Shown: positions 1-9,801 of the stretch, one piece after another | Numbering within the stretch: the first letter of the stretch is position 1 | How the letters are laid out: each line of letters starts with the position of its first letter | Assembly: GCA_965279035.1 (NCBI GenBank) | Contig: OZ257142.1 | Location: 3,808,001-3,872,000, forward strand | Reading direction: 5' to 3' | Source: Bacteroidia bacterium | GTDB taxonomy: Bacteria; Bacteroidota; Bacteroidia; M30B66 | DNA length: 64,000 nt | Notes under the pieces: generated by a model | Told to the model about the DNA's origin: nothing | Database searches by the model: none | What the model saw: the letters and a program-made list of their open reading frames with translations, nothing else | Position numbers and translations under genes: made by a program

Positions 1-1141
1 GACTTACAACTTGAAGTGTTTGTGTTTCACTGTCGGAGCAAGTTCCAGCACCAACAGAATAAGTAAGTTGAACATTTCCATCGAGTCCTGAGAAATTGAA
101 TTGCGAACCCGAAACACCTGTTCCCGACCAATTTCCGCCAGGCGTTCCAGTAATTAAGGTGTTCAAATCAATCGGTGCATCAGTGGCACAAAGCAATTGA
201 GGATTAGTAAATGAAGCATTCGCGCTTTCGATTACAATGATATTTAAGGTTACTGAAGCGGATTGTGTGATACAAGAACTCGTCGGTATTACTGTGTATG
301 TGACTGCATACGATCCATTAAGCGAAGCGGGATTGAAAGTCGAACCTGTAACACCCGTCCCCGACCAAGTTCCTCCAGTAGTTCCTGTAACGTAATTATT
401 CAAATCGACTGATGCTCCATTTTCGCAGAGCGGTCCTGGATTGATCCAATTAGCAGAAAATGGAACGATGGGAGCAGTACAACCTGTATTGGTATAAGTT
501 GCTGTTCCATCGTCGGTAAAATTAACCGTGGCGCCATTTTGAGCTATATTTTGTCCAGAAGTATTGACTAATAAAGCCCGTTGATAGGTAACTTCTTCGT
601 AGCAAGAATTTGCTCCATTAATTTGAATTCTGAGGGTTTGATCTTGTGGAGCACCAGTGTTTTGATTCAGAAAATGACCACCTTGTTGACCTGTATGTTG
701 ATGAAAGATGATGTATAAGGTATCGCTTAAGTTAGCGAATGAATTGAGCAAAGCGGATACATCATAGCTGGTAATGGCCAATACTCTTTTGTTGGGAGGA
801 ATTATTCCCGCTGGAGGTTCTACTAGATAACCACAGGAAGCGATGGTACTATTTAGCTCAATAGTTTTAGCTTCTGTGAATGGGTTTTGAACAAAGCCGT
901 TAAATGGTAAAGCATTGACACTTTCTGATGGCCAGCCATTGACAACCGTTACATCCGAAATATTCAAAGCGAAATTCCCATTTCGAAAACGGAACATTTC
1001 ATTCAATCCTTCAATTGTAGGATCACCATTATCACAGGCATCTACCAGAATGCTCTCTATTTGAATACATGATTGAGCCTTTGTTTGAGAAGGTTTTAGA
1101 TAAAAAAATAATAGGAGAAAAAGTGCTAAGTATTTTTTCAT
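1..1141 (-). CDS. Secreted Cys-rich surface protein, 3'-truncated by the window edge; tandem paralogue of 1330..4080 (probable T9SS type B cargo)
   Basis: Not in the ORF track; translated by hand from the ATG at 1141: MKKYLALFLLLFFYLKPSQTKAQSCIQIESILVDAC...GLNEMFRF...GATVNFTDDGTATYTNTGCTAPIVPFSANW...GGTWSGTGV. Collinear with the 916-aa neighbour; frame open to position 1. Confidence 0.9.
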   Translation of the reverse strand, partial: MKKYLALFLLLFFYLKPSQTKAQSCIQIESILVDACDNGDPTIEGLNEMFRFRNGNFALNISDVTVVNGWPSESVNALPFNGFVQNPFTEAKTIELNSTIASCGYLVEPPAGIIPPNKRVLAITSYDVSALLNSFANLSDTLYIIFHQHTGQQGGHFLNQNTGAPQDQTLRIQINGANSCYEEVTYQRALLVNTSGQNIAQNGATVNFTDDGTATYTNTGCTAPIVPFSANWINPGPLCENGASVDLNNYVTGTTGGTWSGTGVTGSTFNPASLNGSYAVTYTVIPTSSCITQSASVTLNIIVIESANASFTNPQLLCATDAPIDLNTLITGTPGGNWSGTGVSGSQFNFSGLDGNVQLTYSVGAGTCSDSETQTLQVVS

Positions 1142-1242
1142 AATCTGGGAGAATACTTCGAGTTGGATTGAGAAAGATACAGATTTGATTTTTAAAAAAT
1201 AAATATCACCTAAAAGAAGAATTATTCTGCCGAGAAAAAAGC

Positions 1243-1281
1243 AAAAAAAAATCCGGCATCATTTTATGAATGACCGGATTT
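1243..1281 (-). terminator. Probable intrinsic terminator between the two paralogues
   Basis: AAATCCGG..TCATT / AATGA.CCGGATTT stem next to an A-run (U-tract on the minus strand). Confidence 0.6.
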
Positions 1282-1329
1282 GAATAAATAAATAACACAG
1301 GGAAAAAATCTATTTCCCCTTTAGAATCG

Positions 1330-4080
1330 CTAATTTCTAAGCAAAGTCACTGAACCATAACGTTCAAAATCCTGAGAAGTAAAATCTTTCCCTTTAATCA
1401 CATAGAAATAAACACCATCAGCAACTGGATTTCCTTTTTTGGTTCCATCCCAACTGTTTCCAACTCCTTCCCACGAATAAACTTCTTGTCCCCAACGATC
1501 AAAAATGGTGGATTTGAATTCTGTAACACCATTGAATTTCGCCTTAAAGAAATCGTTATACCCATCACCATTCGGTGTGAAACTGTTCGGAAGTTCTAAA
1601 CTGAATGTTCCATTTGTAACCGAAACATTCCGAGAAACACTATCCAGACAGCCAGCATTGTCGCAAAGGTGTTTAATTGTATACGAACCAACATCGGTTA
1701 ATACAATCTGATTTTGTACTAGTGAAGAACTATTTCCATTAATAAACCAATCACATCCAGCTGTAGAAACAGGATTTACATTGATAGTTAAAGGTGCATA
1801 ACCTTCGAGGCTACTTAATTCAAATGAAGCGTCCGGCGTGATATCATTCACAAGAATATTATCGCTAGCAGTATTACATGTATTACTAGCTGATGCTGTA
1901 TAAAGTCCGCTTTGAGAAACAGTTAGCTCATTGGTTTGTGAACCATTGGACCATTGAACAGGTTCATTGGAACTAGCCATGAGAACGACTTCACTACCAT
2001 GACAAATATCGGCAGAACCAGCAACCGTAATTGAAACGGTAGCAAGAGGCAAACTGCTTAGCTGAATCGAAACTGTTGAACTTGCGCATTCTCCGTTTTG
2101 AGCATTGAGCCAGAAAGTTGTATTGGTTTGCGTTGGTTGATAATTTAAACCTTGATGTACTTCATTTTGAAGCGTTGCATCGCTATACCAAAAAACGGGT
2201 GTTGTTGAAGTCGCTGTTAATAAAGGGATGGATGTGTTTTCGCAATAGGTAACATTGGTTTGTGTTACAGGTGAAGCCGGTGACAGAGCAACCGTTATAC
2301 TGAATTGTGCTGTGTCGGAACTACATGTTCCAATGGATTGAATTAAATAAAATGTTTGATCACTCGTAAGTGCTGGTGTATAGGTATTTAAACTTGAAAT
2401 CTGATTGCTTAGCAAACTATCAGAATACCAAAAAACACTCACCCCCGGAATAGAATTTACACTCAACGCATTCGGTGTATCGGCAGAACAATAACTTGTA
2501 TCGCCACTAACAACTGGGATTGGAACTGTACCTGCGTATATCGTATGCGATTGGCTCGATTGACATGCTGCTCCACTAATGGAATAAGTAACAACCGAAG
2601 AATCAACAATGGCGGCTGGATCGAAAATATTTATCGAAACACCATTTCCTGTCCAAGATCCACCTGTTTGCCCTTCGATCAAATTATCTAACATAACAGT
2701 AAGGGAAGTGTCACATAAAAACCCAGGATTGGTCCAAGCTGTATTGGGTAAAGTATCGATTTGTATTGATTGTGTGTTGGATAAATTACATCCATTGATT
2801 GAAACTGAAAATGTAATAGCTGCCGCACCGGAAAGTCCACTAGGATTGAAAATGCTGTCTGTTACATTTTGTCCCGACCAAGTTCCTTGTACATTGGCAG
2901 GAGCGAAATCTTGTAAATTGATCGTACCTGATTCAGCGCAAATTGTACCTGGATTTGACCAGTTTGCATTGAGTGCTTGAATGAAGATTGTATGGGCTTC
3001 TGTATCGGAGCAGGAACCAACTCCAACAGAATAATGGATGGTAATATCTCCTGAAAGTGCTCCTGTAAATAGAGTTGTCCCACTAACTCCCGGACCAAAC
3101 CAATATCCCGGTGTTGTTCCACTTACATATTGATCTAGATTGATAAGTCCGGCATTGCTGCATAAAGTAGCTGGCGGTGTCCAAGTAGCATCAACTTGAG
3201 GATATATGGTTACTGTTTGTGTTTTGGTTTGAGTACAGGCGCCTGCCCCAACAGAATATGTAATTTGAATATCTCCGCTTAAACCTGCAGGATCGAAAGC
3301 ATTCCCTGTAACACCTGGCCCAGTCCATGTTCCACCTTGAGATCCTGTTACCAAGTTATTCAAATTGATTGGACTTGTATTGAAGCAAATTTCAGGAATA
3401 GTCCATTCGGCAGAGAATGGCGTGTATGGAGCAATGCAACCAATGTTTATATAGGTAGCCAATCCATCATCGGTAAAATTAACTGTTGCACCATCTTCAT
3501 CACCAATATTTCCAGCTGTTGTGGTGAGTTCAGTCCGATGATATGTAACAGCATCGCTGCATCCAGGTATAGAATTAAATGAAATTACAACTGTTTGAGC
3601 ATCCGGATTTGGATTGGGTTGATAATTTAAAACGTGACCGGAGTTGGTATTATCGTTAGCATAAATGACGTATAGTGTGTCACCCAATTGTGAAAAGAAA
3701 TTATTCGCAGTACTTACATTGTAACTGGTAATAAGAATTACTTCTGAATTTGCCGGTAAAACACCATCAAGTGGCTCCCGAAGTAATCCACATGAAATGA
3801 TAGATGCATTAAATTCAGCTGTTTTTTGTGCAGTAAGAGCATCCATAGTAAGCCCATTCCAACCTAAATTGGTATTTGCCCACTGAACATTCATATCGGA
3901 AGTTTGCAAATCACTGCTTTCCACTTTAAAACGAACCATTTCGTTTTTCCCTTCGGCATTCCCCGGTGCACAGGAATTGACGAGAATACTTTTTATCTCA
4001 ATACAGCCCGATTGTGCTAGAATTGACTGAGTTGAACAAAGTGTACAAATGAAAATGATAAAAAAGTAAAGACTCTTCAT
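1330..4080 (-). CDS. Gliding motility-associated C-terminal domain (CHU_C, T9SS type B) surface protein with Ig/PKD-like repeats
   Basis: Signal peptide; repeated GGTWSG.GV and W-Y-S-D Ig-like units; C-terminal LPNSFTPNGDGYNDFF...IFDRWG...WDG...GVYFYVI...GSVTLLR. Confidence 0.92.
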   Translation of the reverse strand: MKSLYFFIIFICTLCSTQSILAQSGCIEIKSILVNSCAPGNAEGKNEMVRFKVESSDLQTSDMNVQWANTNLGWNGLTMDALTAQKTAEFNASIISCGLLREPLDGVLPANSEVILITSYNVSTANNFFSQLGDTLYVIYANDNTNSGHVLNYQPNPNPDAQTVVISFNSIPGCSDAVTYHRTELTTTAGNIGDEDGATVNFTDDGLATYINIGCIAPYTPFSAEWTIPEICFNTSPINLNNLVTGSQGGTWTGPGVTGNAFDPAGLSGDIQITYSVGAGACTQTKTQTVTIYPQVDATWTPPATLCSNAGLINLDQYVSGTTPGYWFGPGVSGTTLFTGALSGDITIHYSVGVGSCSDTEAHTIFIQALNANWSNPGTICAESGTINLQDFAPANVQGTWSGQNVTDSIFNPSGLSGAAAITFSVSINGCNLSNTQSIQIDTLPNTAWTNPGFLCDTSLTVMLDNLIEGQTGGSWTGNGVSINIFDPAAIVDSSVVTYSISGAACQSSQSHTIYAGTVPIPVVSGDTSYCSADTPNALSVNSIPGVSVFWYSDSLLSNQISSLNTYTPALTSDQTFYLIQSIGTCSSDTAQFSITVALSPASPVTQTNVTYCENTSIPLLTATSTTPVFWYSDATLQNEVHQGLNYQPTQTNTTFWLNAQNGECASSTVSIQLSSLPLATVSITVAGSADICHGSEVVLMASSNEPVQWSNGSQTNELTVSQSGLYTASASNTCNTASDNILVNDITPDASFELSSLEGYAPLTINVNPVSTAGCDWFINGNSSSLVQNQIVLTDVGSYTIKHLCDNAGCLDSVSRNVSVTNGTFSLELPNSFTPNGDGYNDFFKAKFNGVTEFKSTIFDRWGQEVYSWEGVGNSWDGTKKGNPVADGVYFYVIKGKDFTSQDFERYGSVTLLRN

Positions 4081-4154
4081 TGGTGGTAGATTATGGAAAT
4101 CAAATTAGAGCAAGATAAGTGATGAAAATAAAATATCACATTAAAAAACAGGAT

Positions 4155-5753
4155 TCAAACATCCTGAGAAATAAGAAGAAAAGAATTGGATAGGGGTTGA
4201 CAACCATCCTTCAGCACTTCAATTATCTCAAAAGAATGCCTCAAAATGAATGTGCTTATCGATTCTTTCCTTTCCTGAAGAGAACCTAAAGGATACATGT
4301 GCTCGTGGATTTCGCGAAGTCGATTTATTTCTACTTCCAATTGTTTTTTCCGAGTTCGGATCAACTTTTTAGAAAAGCGATTGAGTTGAGATTCTACTCG
4401 CTTACCAATTGCAGCAGCGCTATTTGCAAGTGTAGCATCAATTTCTGAACTGAGCTCTTGAAGCTGATTTACCCAAATTGATAAATCGGAAAATGATTGT
4501 TTTAGTTCTAAATCGGGTTTAGAAAGCGATAGGATCGTCTTTTTTTCAAGTTGATGTAAATCCAAGAATAAATCGGTACTACTCAATTGAGCACGTTCTA
4601 TTTTTCTAGCATTTTTTACATCGATTATCATTGCCGAATTACGCAACAGCAAAGCTGGATAAGGCATACGATAATGATCAAAAATTCCTTTCAATTCCAA
4701 CCAATACGAAATCTCCGCTCCTCCACCAAAATAAGCGATGTTAGGCAAAATCGTTTCTTGATAAAGAGGACGCATCAATACATTGGGTGAAAAGCATTCC
4801 GGATTTTTAGAAATCGTTTGTTTCAATTCTTCTTCTGTCCATTGATATTTCCCATCATTCGTTAAATACCTTCCCTCCTCTTCAACAATCCGATCACGAT
4901 ATCCATCCAACAAATAAAAGAAGTTTATCTCTCTACCGTTTACTTGCGAGTGATAGCGCTCTTCAATGATTGCCCTTGTTTTTTCAACTTCACGAAAACT
5001 ATTTTTCTCCAAAATATCTTGAATCATCACAGGAGCAAATGCTTTCTTCAATCGCGCATCATCTGCATCAATCACCAAAACTCCAAGATGTCCAAATAAC
5101 TGATGTACGATGTAACGTGTAGCTAAAGATAGATTGGGCAAAGCATACGCATTTTTGAAAATCTCTGTCAAGCGCTTGGCATCTACTCCTTGTCCAACAA
5201 TCTGCTCAAATTGAACAAGTACCTCTTCCATGCCCTCCAACTGAAATCGCCCTACAGGACCAAGCTGATTTGTTTCCCATTTTAATGGCTGACCATCAAC
5301 CCAAACATGATCAATTTCTGCTACATCATGGTCTTCTGTAGCCATCCAAAACACCGGTACAAACTGATTTTGTGGATATGCTTGACTTAATTCCTGAGCC
5401 AATTTGATAGCTGAAATAATTTTCAAGGGAGAATACAAAGGCCCAAGCAAAATTCCGGTTTGTTGTCCAGTAGTTATAGTAAACGTAGTGGGTAAAAGCA
5501 GCGTTGAAATGCGAGTTTCGATTTCAGAATCGAATAATCCAGCTTGATTGTATTGATCGCGTAAAACTTCGGTTAAGGCAATCCTGTCGATTGGAACCTG
5601 ACTTTTCCTTTCAATAAACTGCTTAAAATTTTCCAGCGTTGGAGCTGCCTCATAAAGGTTTTTCAGGAATGGTTCCTGATCGAGGTAATCGCAAACGATC
5701 GGCTGAAACTTCCCGGTTTGTCGGTAGGGAACGTAGCTACATCGGGTTTTCAT
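4155..5753 (-). CDS. bshC: Bacillithiol biosynthesis cysteine-adding enzyme BshC
   Basis: TTGQQTGILLGPLY, VPVFWMATEDHD, FSPNVLMRPLYQE, YFGGGAEISYW and LQER motifs; 4-nt overlap with rimO. Confidence 0.93.
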   Translation of the reverse strand: MKTRCSYVPYRQTGKFQPIVCDYLDQEPFLKNLYEAAPTLENFKQFIERKSQVPIDRIALTEVLRDQYNQAGLFDSEIETRISTLLLPTTFTITTGQQTGILLGPLYSPLKIISAIKLAQELSQAYPQNQFVPVFWMATEDHDVAEIDHVWVDGQPLKWETNQLGPVGRFQLEGMEEVLVQFEQIVGQGVDAKRLTEIFKNAYALPNLSLATRYIVHQLFGHLGVLVIDADDARLKKAFAPVMIQDILEKNSFREVEKTRAIIEERYHSQVNGREINFFYLLDGYRDRIVEEEGRYLTNDGKYQWTEEELKQTISKNPECFSPNVLMRPLYQETILPNIAYFGGGAEISYWLELKGIFDHYRMPYPALLLRNSAMIIDVKNARKIERAQLSSTDLFLDLHQLEKKTILSLSKPDLELKQSFSDLSIWVNQLQELSSEIDATLANSAAAIGKRVESQLNRFSKKLIRTRKKQLEVEINRLREIHEHMYPLGSLQERKESISTFILRHSFEIIEVLKDGCQPLSNSFLLISQDV

Positions 5754-7066
5754 TTCACGAAAGTACCGAAAAGATCAAATTCTTCTGCTCGATCTATTTT
5801 CACTTGAGCAAAATCTCCAATACGCACGTAAGCATCGTCTTTGGCTTCCACCAATACTTCATTATCCACTTCCGGTGAATCGAATTCGGTACGACCAATA
5901 AAATAAGGACCTTCTTTCCGATCGAATAAAACCTTGTAGGTATTGCCCACTTTTTCTTGATTGAGCGAAGCTGAAATGCCCATTTGCACATCCATCACTG
6001 CATCTGCACGTTCTTGTTTTACTTCGGCAGGAACATCATCTACTAAGGAATAGGCATGCGTATTTTCCTCGTGAGAGTAAGTGAATACGCCTAAACGTTC
6101 GAAACGACTGTCCTGAATCCATTGCAGCATTTCTTCGTGATCTTTTTCTGTTTCACCTGGATATCCTGCAATCAACGAAGTACGAATCGCCATTCCCGGA
6201 ACTTTATCGCGAATGCTATTCACCAAATCGATTGTTTTCTGCTTGGTTGTTCCGCGGCGCATGCTTTTCAACATCGAATCGCTGATATGTTGCAAAGGCA
6301 TATCAATGTATTTGCAGATGTTTTCTCGTTCGCGCATCACATCCAACACATCCGTAGGAAAACCACTAGGAAAGGCATAATGCAGACGAATCCATTCTAA
6401 ACCATTGATATCAGAAAGTCGACTCATGAGTTCGGCTAACTTTCTGTCTTTGTACAAATCGAGTCCGTAATAGGTTGAATCTTGAGCGATGAGTAATAAT
6501 TCCTTGGTTCCGTTTTTAACGAGTTGTCGAGCTTGAGCTTCTAATTGCTCCATCGGGATGGAAATATGTCCACCACGCATAAGCGGAATTGCGCAAAAGG
6601 AACACGGACGATCGCAACCTTCAGAAATCTTGAAATACGCGTAATGAGCAGGGGTGGTAAGTAAGCGTTCGCCAACGAGTTCGTGCTTGTAATCGGCTTT
6701 GAGCGTTTTTAATAAACGAGGCAGATCGCGTGTTCCAAACCAAGCATCCACTTCAGGAATCTCCAATTCGAGTTCGGGTTTATAGCGCTCACTCAAACAG
6801 CCGGTAACATACACTTTAGCAACTTGTCCGTTTGTTTTGGCTTCGGCGTATCGTAAAATTGTATTGATACTTTCTTCCTTTGCATTATCAATGAATCCGC
6901 AAGTGTTGATGATTACAATTTCGGAATCATCGTGTTTGGATTCATGTTCTACCTCAAATTTATTCGCCTTGAGTTGCCCCATCAGCACTTCCGAATCGTA
7001 AATGTTTTTGGAGCAGCCAAGCGTGACCACATTGACTTTATTTTTCTTGAGGGTTTTGGTCTTCAT
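5750..7066 (-). CDS. rimO: Ribosomal protein S12 methylthiotransferase RimO
   Basis: TLGCSKN, INTCGFI, radical SAM CDRPCSFC, C-terminal TRAM domain (GRTEFDSPEVD). Confidence 0.96.
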   Translation of the reverse strand: MKTKTLKKNKVNVVTLGCSKNIYDSEVLMGQLKANKFEVEHESKHDDSEIVIINTCGFIDNAKEESINTILRYAEAKTNGQVAKVYVTGCLSERYKPELELEIPEVDAWFGTRDLPRLLKTLKADYKHELVGERLLTTPAHYAYFKISEGCDRPCSFCAIPLMRGGHISIPMEQLEAQARQLVKNGTKELLLIAQDSTYYGLDLYKDRKLAELMSRLSDINGLEWIRLHYAFPSGFPTDVLDVMRERENICKYIDMPLQHISDSMLKSMRRGTTKQKTIDLVNSIRDKVPGMAIRTSLIAGYPGETEKDHEEMLQWIQDSRFERLGVFTYSHEENTHAYSLVDDVPAEVKQERADAVMDVQMGISASLNQEKVGNTYKVLFDRKEGPYFIGRTEFDSPEVDNEVLVEAKDDAYVRIGDFAQVKIDRAEEFDLFGTFVK

Positions 7067-7098
7067 CCTATGCAGAGGAGTTTATTCGGATTGGGGCG

Positions 7099-7106
7099 CA
7101 AAGGTA
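7099..7106 (-). promoter_or_regulatory. Bacteroidota sigma70 -7 box (TACCTTTG) for rimO-bshC
   Basis: Matches TAnnTTTG, about 33 nt upstream of the ATG. Confidence 0.7.
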
Positions 7107-7123
7107 CGCAATTCATAGGGTAT

Positions 7124-7166
7124 AAAAAGAAAACCAGTCAACCCGAATGAACGAATTGACTGGTTT
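7124..7166 (-). terminator. Intrinsic terminator
   Basis: AAACCAGTCAA / TTGACTGGTTT stem with an adjacent A-rich tract, downstream of 7184..8242. Confidence 0.65.
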
Positions 7167-7183
7167 AAATTTCAATAATTGAA

Positions 7184-8242
7184 TTAATTCCGAATAAATT
7201 TCTTGACTGTTATTCCTTTCGGACTTTGAATTTGTAGGTAATAAACACCGGGTTGAATAGCCGACAAGTCGAATTCTTGAATGGATGTAGAATTCGATTT
7301 AGTTGTTTGTATAGTGTTTACAACACGCCCAGATAAATCGGAAACAAGAATTTTCTCCACATCAGGTTGGATGCTCACGTTGATTTTACCAGAAGTTGGA
7401 TTAGGGAATAATTGAATGTTTTCGTTAGATAATTTCAGAAAACCTGTATTATCGTTATTATATGAATGATTAGCACTAACGCTATATCCTGTTTCACCAT
7501 CTGTGATTGTTGTATCGTAAGTGATTGAATAAATTGGGATTGAACCACCTTCAATGATACTTACCCATTCGTACATGGTTGAGCGAGTTTCAGAATAGGA
7601 TGTATCATTTTGTCCGAAGTATGAAGAATACGTAGTATCAACACTCAGGGTACGATGTTTAAAACGCAGCACATTTGTGTAAGTGCCAGACCAATTAAAA
7701 AGCGTTCCGTAGGCATCAACAATATAAGAGGAAGTTCCAGTTGTACTAGTAGAAGTTGAACCTAATCCAATATTAAGTGCGATTTCATAACGAAATGGAT
7801 CACTCAGGGTACTATTGAATGTAGCTGGGAATTGATATTGGATTTGAGGATTTGTATAAATCATATTGACATCCCCAAATGTAGTATTGAAAAAATTGCC
7901 TAATAGCTGAAAATTGTTCGTGTTCGCATTGACAAAGGAGTAGTAATTGTTTCCTCCAGATTGAGTACTAAAAGCAATGTTAGCACCTGGAAAAGAGCTG
8001 CTTTGGGATAATGTTGATGCATCAACAAAACTTGCGGACGTAACTTCACCGGTGTCGGCTAGCATAGAAAAATCCCACATTACATTCGCGCCAGAAGCGC
8101 CTTCGTTAGCACTACCTAACTCAACTGATGAGGTAGAAAAAGAATAACCTACAGATGGCATGCTTGAATATGTCATTGTAGGTTGCGCAACTAGTTGCAA
8201 AGTAGCAAATAGCGTTGATAAGAAAAGAATAGGGTGTTTCAT
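7184..8242 (-). CDS. T9SS type A sorting domain-containing secreted protein
   Basis: Signal peptide; GASGANVMWDFS N-terminal motif; C-terminal LFPNPTSG...DLSGR...GVYYLQI...KKFIRN. Confidence 0.9.
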   Translation of the reverse strand: MKHPILFLSTLFATLQLVAQPTMTYSSMPSVGYSFSTSSVELGSANEGASGANVMWDFSMLADTGEVTSASFVDASTLSQSSSFPGANIAFSTQSGGNNYYSFVNANTNNFQLLGNFFNTTFGDVNMIYTNPQIQYQFPATFNSTLSDPFRYEIALNIGLGSTSTSTTGTSSYIVDAYGTLFNWSGTYTNVLRFKHRTLSVDTTYSSYFGQNDTSYSETRSTMYEWVSIIEGGSIPIYSITYDTTITDGETGYSVSANHSYNNDNTGFLKLSNENIQLFPNPTSGKINVSIQPDVEKILVSDLSGRVVNTIQTTKSNSTSIQEFDLSAIQPGVYYLQIQSPKGITVKKFIRN

Positions 8243-8322
8243 CGTAGTATAAAATTATTGAACGTGAATGAGACCGCAAAGACTAAGCCTTTGTTACACG
8301 TTTGATAAAATTTTACACCAAT

Positions 8323-9276
8323 TTATTCTTTAAAAAGAGAATCAACGAATTCGGTTTTATTAAAGAGTTGAAGGTCTTTCATGCCTTCACCTAAACCGAT
8401 ATATTTTACTGGGATTTTGAATTGATCTGAAATACCAATGACTACACCACCTTTAGCTGTACCATCTAATTTGGTAAGCGCAAGGGCATTTACATCCGTT
8501 GCTTCAGAAAACTGGCGACATTGTTCAATCGCATTTTGCCCGGTTGATGCATCTAAGACTAATAAAATCTCGTGTGGAGCATCGGGAACAACCTTTTGCA
8601 TTACACGTTTGATTTTACTCAACTCGTTCATTAGGTTGACTTTATTATGTAGTCGACCAGCGGTGTCGATAATGACCACATCGGCATTCCTAGCTTTTCC
8701 CATCTGCACAGCATCATAAGCAACAGCAGCAGGATCGGCGTTCATTCCGTGTTGCACGAGCGGCACTCCTACCCGATCGGCCCAGATGGTAATTTGATCT
8801 ACTGCAGCTGCACGAAAAGTATCAGCAGCACCAAGCACAACAGATTTTCCAGCTTCTTTAAATTGGTAGGCTAATTTGGCGATGGTGGTTGTTTTTCCTA
8901 CACCGTTTACACCAACAACCATAATTACATAAGGACCATCGGTTTTAGGAAGGTCGAATTCGGTTTGGTCGCTGCTACGATTTTCTTCGAGCAATGCAGC
9001 GATTTCTTCTTTTAGAATTCCATTGAGTTCGGAGGTGGTGGTGTATTTTTCGCGACCAACTCGGGCTTCAATGCGTTCGATTATTTTGAGTGTGGTAGTA
9101 ACTCCGACATCGGCACCAATGAGAATTTCCTCCAGATTATCGAGAACTTCATCATCTACCTTCGATTTACCGATGAGAACCTTTGCCAGTTTGGAAAAGA
9201 AACTCTCTTTGGTTTTGGCCAGCCCTTGATCGAGGGTTTCCTTTTTCTCACGTGAAAATAAACCGAAAAATGCCAT
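8323..9276 (-). CDS. ftsY: Signal recognition particle-docking protein FtsY
   Basis: GVNGVGKTTT, DTFRAAA, DTAGRLH, TKLDGTAKGG. Confidence 0.98.
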   Translation of the reverse strand: MAFFGLFSREKKETLDQGLAKTKESFFSKLAKVLIGKSKVDDEVLDNLEEILIGADVGVTTTLKIIERIEARVGREKYTTTSELNGILKEEIAALLEENRSSDQTEFDLPKTDGPYVIMVVGVNGVGKTTTIAKLAYQFKEAGKSVVLGAADTFRAAAVDQITIWADRVGVPLVQHGMNADPAAVAYDAVQMGKARNADVVIIDTAGRLHNKVNLMNELSKIKRVMQKVVPDAPHEILLVLDASTGQNAIEQCRQFSEATDVNALALTKLDGTAKGGVVIGISDQFKIPVKYIGLGEGMKDLQLFNKTEFVDSLFKE

Positions 9277-9311
9277 AGATGTAGGATTGAAAAGGGCTGT
9301 AGCCTGTTAGC

Positions 9312-9343
9312 AAAAAAAGCTCCTTCCGGTTTGGAAGAAGCTT
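9312..9343 (-). terminator. Probable terminator after the rpmG-DUF4295 unit
   Basis: AAGCT.CTTCC / GGAAG.AGCTT stem plus A7 run. Confidence 0.6.
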
Positions 9344-9369
9344 ACAATCTTGGATGCATCCATTAAAAA

Positions 9370-9525
9370 TTATTTCCCGTTAAGGAAATCTTTCACGTGG
9401 TCGTTGTGTACCACTTCTTCTTTGAATGCGTATGCGCCAGTCTTAGGCGATTTCACCATCTTAATCACTTTTGTAAATGATTTTCCGGCGCCAGTTTTCA
9501 GGGTTGCAACTACTTTCTTAGCCAT
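9370..9525 (-). CDS. DUF4295 family small protein (51 aa)
   Basis: Below the ORF-track cut-off; hand translation MAKKVVATLKTGAGKSFTKVIKMVKSPKTGAYAFKEEVVHNDHVKDFLNGK; usual position between rpmG and ftsY in Bacteroidota. Confidence 0.92.
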   Translation of the reverse strand: MAKKVVATLKTGAGKSFTKVIKMVKSPKTGAYAFKEEVVHNDHVKDFLNGK

Positions 9526-9535
9526 GGTTCAGCGA

Positions 9536-9718
9536 TTACTTGATTTCTTTATGAACGGTTACGCGTTTCAACACAGAATTGTATTTCTTCAACTCGATAC
9601 GCTCCGTTGTGTTTTTTTTGTTCTTCGTTGTGATATAACGTGAAGTTCCCGGTACGCCGGAAGTCTTGTGCTCGGTGCACTCCAGGATAACCTGAACACG
9701 ATTGCCTTTTTTCGCCAT
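9536..9718 (-). CDS. rpmG: 50S ribosomal protein L33
   Basis: [18 protein letters not shown]...[22 protein letters not shown]...HKEIK. Confidence 0.97.
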   Translation of the reverse strand: MAKKGNRVQVILECTEHKTSGVPGTSRYITTKNKKNTTERIELKKYNSVLKRVTVHKEIK

Positions 9719-9746
9719 GGCGATGAATCTTTAGTTTTAAGGGCTG

Positions 9747-9776
9747 CAAATATAGTCAAATCATTTTTCCGTCAAA
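9747..9776 (-). promoter_or_regulatory. Bacteroidota promoter for rpmG (-7 TATATTTG, possible -33 TTTG)
   Basis: caaatata at 9747-9754 and caaa at 9773-9776 on the + strand. Confidence 0.7.
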
Positions 9777-9801
9777 CAGTATCGATGAAAAATAATTAAA
9801 A

